Below, piece after piece: positions 58,311-64,000 of a DNA stretch of 64,000 nucleotides (positions are counted from its first letter, which is position 1; each line of letters begins with the position of its first letter). The notes below the pieces were generated by a model. It ran no database searches, was not told the origin of the DNA, and saw only the letters and a list, made by a program, of their open reading frames with translations. Origin of the DNA: Paraspadella gotoi (lineage: Eukaryota; Animalia; Chaetognatha); NCBI GenBank assembly GCA_051294375.1, contig CM119271.1, forward strand, positions 1,110,721 to 1,174,720, written 5' to 3'. Made by a program: the position numbers and the translations under genes.

Positions 58311-61300
58311 CGAAATCGAGGAACGTGGATTTTAGTAAAATAAAAAACGGTCTTGAAAACAATAGTTCTATCTCTTTCTCTCTCTCTCCCTCTCTCTCTC
58401 CGCTCTTTCCTTTTCTTAATTCTCCTTCCCCATTACCAACCCTTCTTATTTCTCTTTCCAAAATGGAAAGTTAAATAACAAAAACCGAAATTTAACAATT
58501 CGGTTCATGATGCATTTAAACCAAAAAAAAATATATAACAAAAAATAGAGACAATTGTTGCTGCCTTTGAAAATTGAATGACTGTGATTTTTTTTTAAAC
58601 AATTATGGGTTGAGCAATTTTTTTTCCAAATTATGAATTCAAACGTCTTGTATATATTGTTATTCTCTTCCGTTAGTGCATTTGCTGTATTGATTAGTCC
58701 GGCTAGGTATTTTTCTCCAGATACCGGCGATACAACGAATGTTCAACGAAGTAGAGAAATTGTTATTGTTGAATAATCGATGAGGATTTTAACACAAAAA
58801 AAAAACAACTGAACATCAACTTAGCGAAATATAAACTAAAGTATCTCCTATCGGAATTTTTCTTCAAAAAAACAAAAAAACAAAAAAGCACAATACTGCC
58901 ATTTTATTTTTTTTATCTTTTAACTTCGTAGGAAAAAATATTATTTTTTGTCTATGTCCCAGTAAAGATTTTTTTTTAACTAACGATAAAAATTTTAACT
59001 TACCAAGCGGAGCTTCTCAAACAAATTATCAACTCGTTTTTTTTAATTCGATCGGGATTTTCTTTTTTGCCGCGGGTTTCTTAACCGGTTTTAGAAATAG
59101 TATTGTTAGAATATAACGTAGTAAGCTTTTTATCGCTTTATCGTGATCGCTATATTATTTCTAATCGCCAAAAAAAATACAAAAAAACTGGGATTGCCGG
59201 GTCAGTGAAATATTTTATCATTATACCATTTATAAACTTATCGTTTGTAGCATCAGGTTGTACAGAAATGAACCAAGTGAAAAAATGCCCGATGAAGCTT
59301 CTCAAATGAACGTTAATGTTTCCAATTAAAATTAAAATTACTATATACATACGTACATATATTCTGAGAATATCAAAATTCGTTGTATATACATATATGT
59401 TTGCCCCGTCTGTCAAATGTCGATGAATTGTTATCCGAGTTGTTTCTTTCTTTTTTTTTAACTACACAAGATGATGCACCATTTGAAAAAAAAAATATTA
59501 ACAAATTGTTGTCCCTTAGCTTTTCTTTTTCTCTATCTGTCATTACATTTTATTGTAAATAAGCTTCGATGCTTCGTTACATTTTTTTTCCCTTTCCACC
59601 ATTAACATATTCCACCAGAGAGCGAGTCTGTTGCCATAATAGTATTGATGTCATAGAGTAAAAAATATTCTCTCGTGCCCTGGCTTATTTTTTGGGATTT
59701 TTTCTTTTCTCGTTTTATGATAGTCAAATAAGAAAAAAGGTAATACAAGTTAAACGAGAGAGCAGCCTACGTATTGATAGACATGATTAAATAAAACTAA
59801 CAATAAAGGATTAGTCAGATACGAAAAGTAAGTTTGATTGCCATCTTGTGAATGTTCTTACATTTCATTGCGTTTGAGAATAGAAGGGTCAGGTCTTTTT
59901 TTTTAATGTAAAAATAAACGATCAATTTAAAAAGCCAAATCATGTCCAGTTTTGAAAAATGAATGCGATCTAAAAAAAAAGCAATTTGGCGGCAGGTTCC
60001 AGTTTCGGATAAGTCAAACTAACTTCCTTTCCCCAAGTCATTCGTCAACTGTATTAATTTTCCGATCATTTATCTTTTTTATTTTTAAAAATCTTAATTG
60101 GTCGTCGTTTATCCACGCAAAACCTGATTTAAAAACTTAGAGGTGGATGAGAAAAAAGTAAGTCAGAGAAAAGTAAGGTTGAGGCGACCCGCGTTGCACT
60201 TTGGTTTCTCGAGTCTAAATTTAAAATTCGTCTGACCTTTTTGGGTCACGTCTGATTTTACGTCGAGGGTTTTTAAAGAGGCCCTCTCACGGTCATGAAA
60301 CGTGTCAAGGACGGATATTGTGAAGACAGATGAAGAGTGAGTGTGAGTGAGTGTGAGTTTACAAAAGATTTAAAATGGAATTTATTTGAGGAATAGACGG
60401 CTTAAACAACCGCCACATACTTTCTCTTCCTGAGCCTGGAATTTTCTCTCTCTCTCTCTCTCTCCTTTCTCTCCTCTCTCTCTTCTCTCTCCCTCTCTCT
60501 CTCTCCCTCTCTCTCTCTCGAGTAATTTTAGAAAATAAATAAACTCCAACGCTTTCGTTCTTTCAATTTTCTCATGGACTAATCTTCAAATAAAATTTTA
60601 ACTTATTGAAAAAAAAATAACAGCTTTTTGAAAGTCACAATTTTGGGTTTGTCGTCTTATTTTGTAATATTTTAAATTGACAATACTAGAATACTCGTTT
60701 TTAAACTTTTATTTTTGAAAAATGAGCCTCTTCAATATTTAGAGACCATTCTGATTTACTGAGCCGATCGATCCATCATTAGTTGAACCGGTTTTCAATA
60801 TACATTTAAGTACTAAATATCATAGCGATTTATCCCGTTATCATTTTTAAAGTTTACTTTTTTTTTCACAATCGCTTTCAGTATTTTTTCTTTAATTCTA
60901 AATAACCTCCAAAAAAGCAATATACCATGATGGAAAAAAAATTGTCGCGGTTTGGAAAAGTCAGTTAATTTTATTATAAAATATATTTTTTGGCTAATAA
61001 ATAAGTTTTAATAGGTAATATGACCTCCCTAGGACTGAATAAAATAATTATTTCTCAACAGCATAAAATTATTTAATGCATACAAATACTTTCTAAAATT
61101 TTTGATTAAGATTACTCACATTATTGTTAATATTATATCTCTGACATGACATTTTTTATCAGATTTAGGGCAAAAAATGGACCTTGGTAAGCACTGAAAA
61201 ATATTTGATTTTTTTTTTACTTGTTTGATACTTTGATACATCCAAAGGTAAATAAAAATGATAACTTTGCTTACAGAAAGGTAACCCGGAGCCTTATAAC

Positions 61301-62316
61301 TTTTATTGATACTTTACAATTTAAAAATAATATTCTCGAGTATCTACAGCATCAATATATTTTTAATATTATTCTTTTTTTGATATATGAATTAAGATTT
61401 ATCCCTGAAGATGATTCAATAACCATTTGGCATGAGACTGAGAAAAGGTAGGGATTTTTAATAATATTGATTTAATTCAAAATATTATAAAAAAGAACCG
61501 GAAATTAGTATAAATAAAAAGTTTAGATATGGAAAAGATAAAAAAGAAGAAATAATTTTTTGGACAACTCATTTTCTTTTGCATGGAATAAAAGAGACAC
61601 AGCTCATATGAATCACAAGAGGCCAATGTTTTTTAATATCTAAATTTATTTTTTGATTCTTTTATTAAAATGCCAAAAAATAGCTGGAAAGTAACCGCAA
61701 CAATTTTTTTTTTCATCATGGTAAGCTCTCATTTGGAACCTGGAACTTGTTTTCCTTGTTTTCTGTTTGTCGTTTCGTTTTGGATCATTTTATAATTTCG
61801 TTGTCGTGGCCATTGGTCATTGACCATTTTCCCCGACCACGCCAGAATAATCAACCTGATCTCAAGGTGAGAGAACTTTTGGTTACGATGCACCGAGGAG
61901 TCCGCTCTCTCGTAAAATCCAGTTCGTCAACTTTTTCGCAATCGTTCATACGTCAATCGATCCGGTCGGTCTGTCCGACTGAATGATTTCGATTTCCACG
62001 ATCGCCAAAACTTTTTTTTTCTTAATTCAAAATTATTAAAATCAAAATTATTATTATTATACAATAATAATTAGGGGCGGCGAGGGAAATGGCGGGCCCC
62101 TCCACTGGCCCCCTGGCCGCCCTCCCCCTCTCTCAATAATTTTAGTTTTTAGTGATATTATGGCAACAGCCGGGTTGCCTGTGATGCCCATTTACTTGCC
62201 ACAATCTGGTTAATTGGTCATATATCACAACCACAATCATTGTGCCTCTTCTTATTTCTTCTTTCTTTCTTCTTTTCTTTACTTTTTTCTCTCTTCTCAG
62301 TGGCAGAAACAAAAAA

Positions 62317-62731
62317 ATGAAAAAAACATTGAAAACTTGCTCGCTTGTTACTTTCGCTTCTTCACTCCGTTCGCTTTATTCGCTCCTACCGCTTCTTCCG
62401 CTCCTGTGGCTCGTCGGAGGCGGATCCGGACAAAATGCCGGAGGAACGGGAGTCGGAAATCCGGCGCCGGGAGGAGGAGGTGAGTCTATTTTATGATTGG
62501 GTTTGATAAGTTCGAGTGTAGCGGATTGAGACGGATTAGGATAACCTTACCTGAAATTTAATTACTAATAAATAAATAAATAAAGAAATAAATAAATAAA
62601 TAGATAATAACTAATAGATAATCAATAAATACATAAAAACGAAATTCTCTTTTTTTTCTCCAATCGCAGGTCCCGCATTGAACACCATCGTAGCGAAACA
62701 TCCTTTTTACGTCATTCTCTCTCCCAAAGTC
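62317..62731 (+). CDS. First two coding exons (62317-62479, 62670-62731) of a secreted protein, possibly thioester-containing protein family (A2M/CD109/TEP)
   Basis: Hydrophobic signal-like LYSLLPLLPLLWLVGGGSG. Phase-1 GTGAGT/cgcag junction, then GPALNTIVAKHPFYVILSPKV|GTAAGT, resembling the MG1 start motif Y-x-V/I-x-A/S-P-K-V. The rest lies outside the window. Confidence 0.5.
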
Positions 62732-64000
62732 GTAAGTTGACGCGTTGACGTTGACGCTTTGACGTCAAAATAGACGCTCGGTTGCCAAGAAAGATGGAAG
62801 AGGAACAGTAGTAAGGAATAGGGTTATGTTGTCGCTGTCCAATGGGAAAAAAGCGTGCAGCGATTAATAGCACGTGGAGCGCCTGGTTTCTACTTGAACA
62901 GACTTACTTTAATTTTTTTCTATTTTTGACATTTAAGATTAATTCCTAGCGACGAGTTCTAATGAAGAACTTGTTCAAAACAGGTTTGTATTTTTTTTTT
63001 TAATTTGTGCGTACAAAATAAACAAACATTTTCTTCTTTAAATACTATCAAAGAGAAAATATAAAACGCATTTAAAATGTTATATTTATTGTTAAATTCA
63101 TTCGAGATGCGAATTTAACTACCTCATCAGACGTGAAGTAATTGGCGTAATGAATGTTGCAGATGAAAATTCGAATAGTTGTTCATGAATACTGAATAGT
63201 GAATACTGAATACTGAATATTGAATAGTCTTGTACTAAAGATCATTGATATATAAACAATTTTTTTTATTTCTCAATTTTGGCATACGCCCATATTTATA
63301 CATAGTACTTACCAGAGAAAATGTTAAAATTTTAAAATAGTTTTTTTTTTTTAGTTATGAAAGCAGATTCGAATTCTTAATAAAAAGTTGTTAAAAGAAA
63401 ATATAAGTCTGAATCAAAAATTTTTATTTAAAAATGTTCACAGGTAAAAAAGCCCGTTCATGATCGACTATTCGAATTTTGATTCAACTTGATTTTAATA
63501 TATTTGCTTCGTTTTATTGACCAATGACCAACGGCCATCGCAATAGAACGATAGAGAGAGAGCGAGAAAATAATCATTATCGGAATCTCCAGTCAGAGTT
63601 TACCGCTCAATGACAATGGACAGAGAAAAAAAAACGCTGTTCGTTGGCGAATTTCATGATTTCTGGGAAAAAGGGAGACGAAACAATCCTGGGCGGCGCC
63701 ATCCCTTTTTTTTTTTTCTGGACAGGAACCTTTTATTTCTTTGTCTTTTTTTAGTTCTCGTCGCTTTTCTGGTTTTTACTTTTTTCTCGAATTCATTTTA
63801 AGAAGTCGAGAAACTACTTTTCGCGTGACTAAATTTGCAGCGAATTCAACAATTAAAAAAAAAATATTCTTCTCTTTTCTCCGTTTGGAAAAGCGACTCG
63901 AATTTTTTCGCCCTTCGCAACTCAGGTTCGTAGTTGAAAATGTTAATAATTAAATAAAAGGGAAAAAAAAGTAGAGATATTTGTCTCTTCGGTAATGAGG

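Overview
Eukaryotic (invertebrate-type metazoan) genomic DNA from a gappy, error-prone draft assembly, rich in (AG)n and other microsatellites. Most of the window (about 11.2-58.1 kb, + strand) is one multi-exon type IV collagen alpha-2-like gene: 7S domain, interrupted Gly-X-Y helix, and an NC1 domain with the sulfilimine Met/Lys residues. It has three unusual traits. (1) A roughly 400-aa charged, low-complexity N-terminal extension is spliced in frame ahead of the 7S domain. (2) Five paralogous 243/246-bp phase-0 exons lie in tandem and look like a mutually exclusive cassette. (3) It has many Cys-containing helix interruptions and many AAG/A-rich 3' splice sites. An antisense Ty3/Gypsy LTR retroelement sits in an intron (43.6-52.1 kb). 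It has a 5' LTR, PBS, gag-PR-RT-RH-IN, a possible catalytically dead OTU-like insert, and the start of a third signal-peptide ORF resembling a chuvirus-type class III fusion glycoprotein (env). Two large duplications are probably assembly or haplotype artefacts: an ~8-kb fold-back (16.2-24.8 kb vs 25.4-32.7 kb) and a 3-kb direct copy of eight exons. A thioester-protein-like gene begins at about 62.3 kb, and a possible small divergent gene lies at 2-5 kb. All exon models and domain calls were made by eye, without alignments or RNA data.
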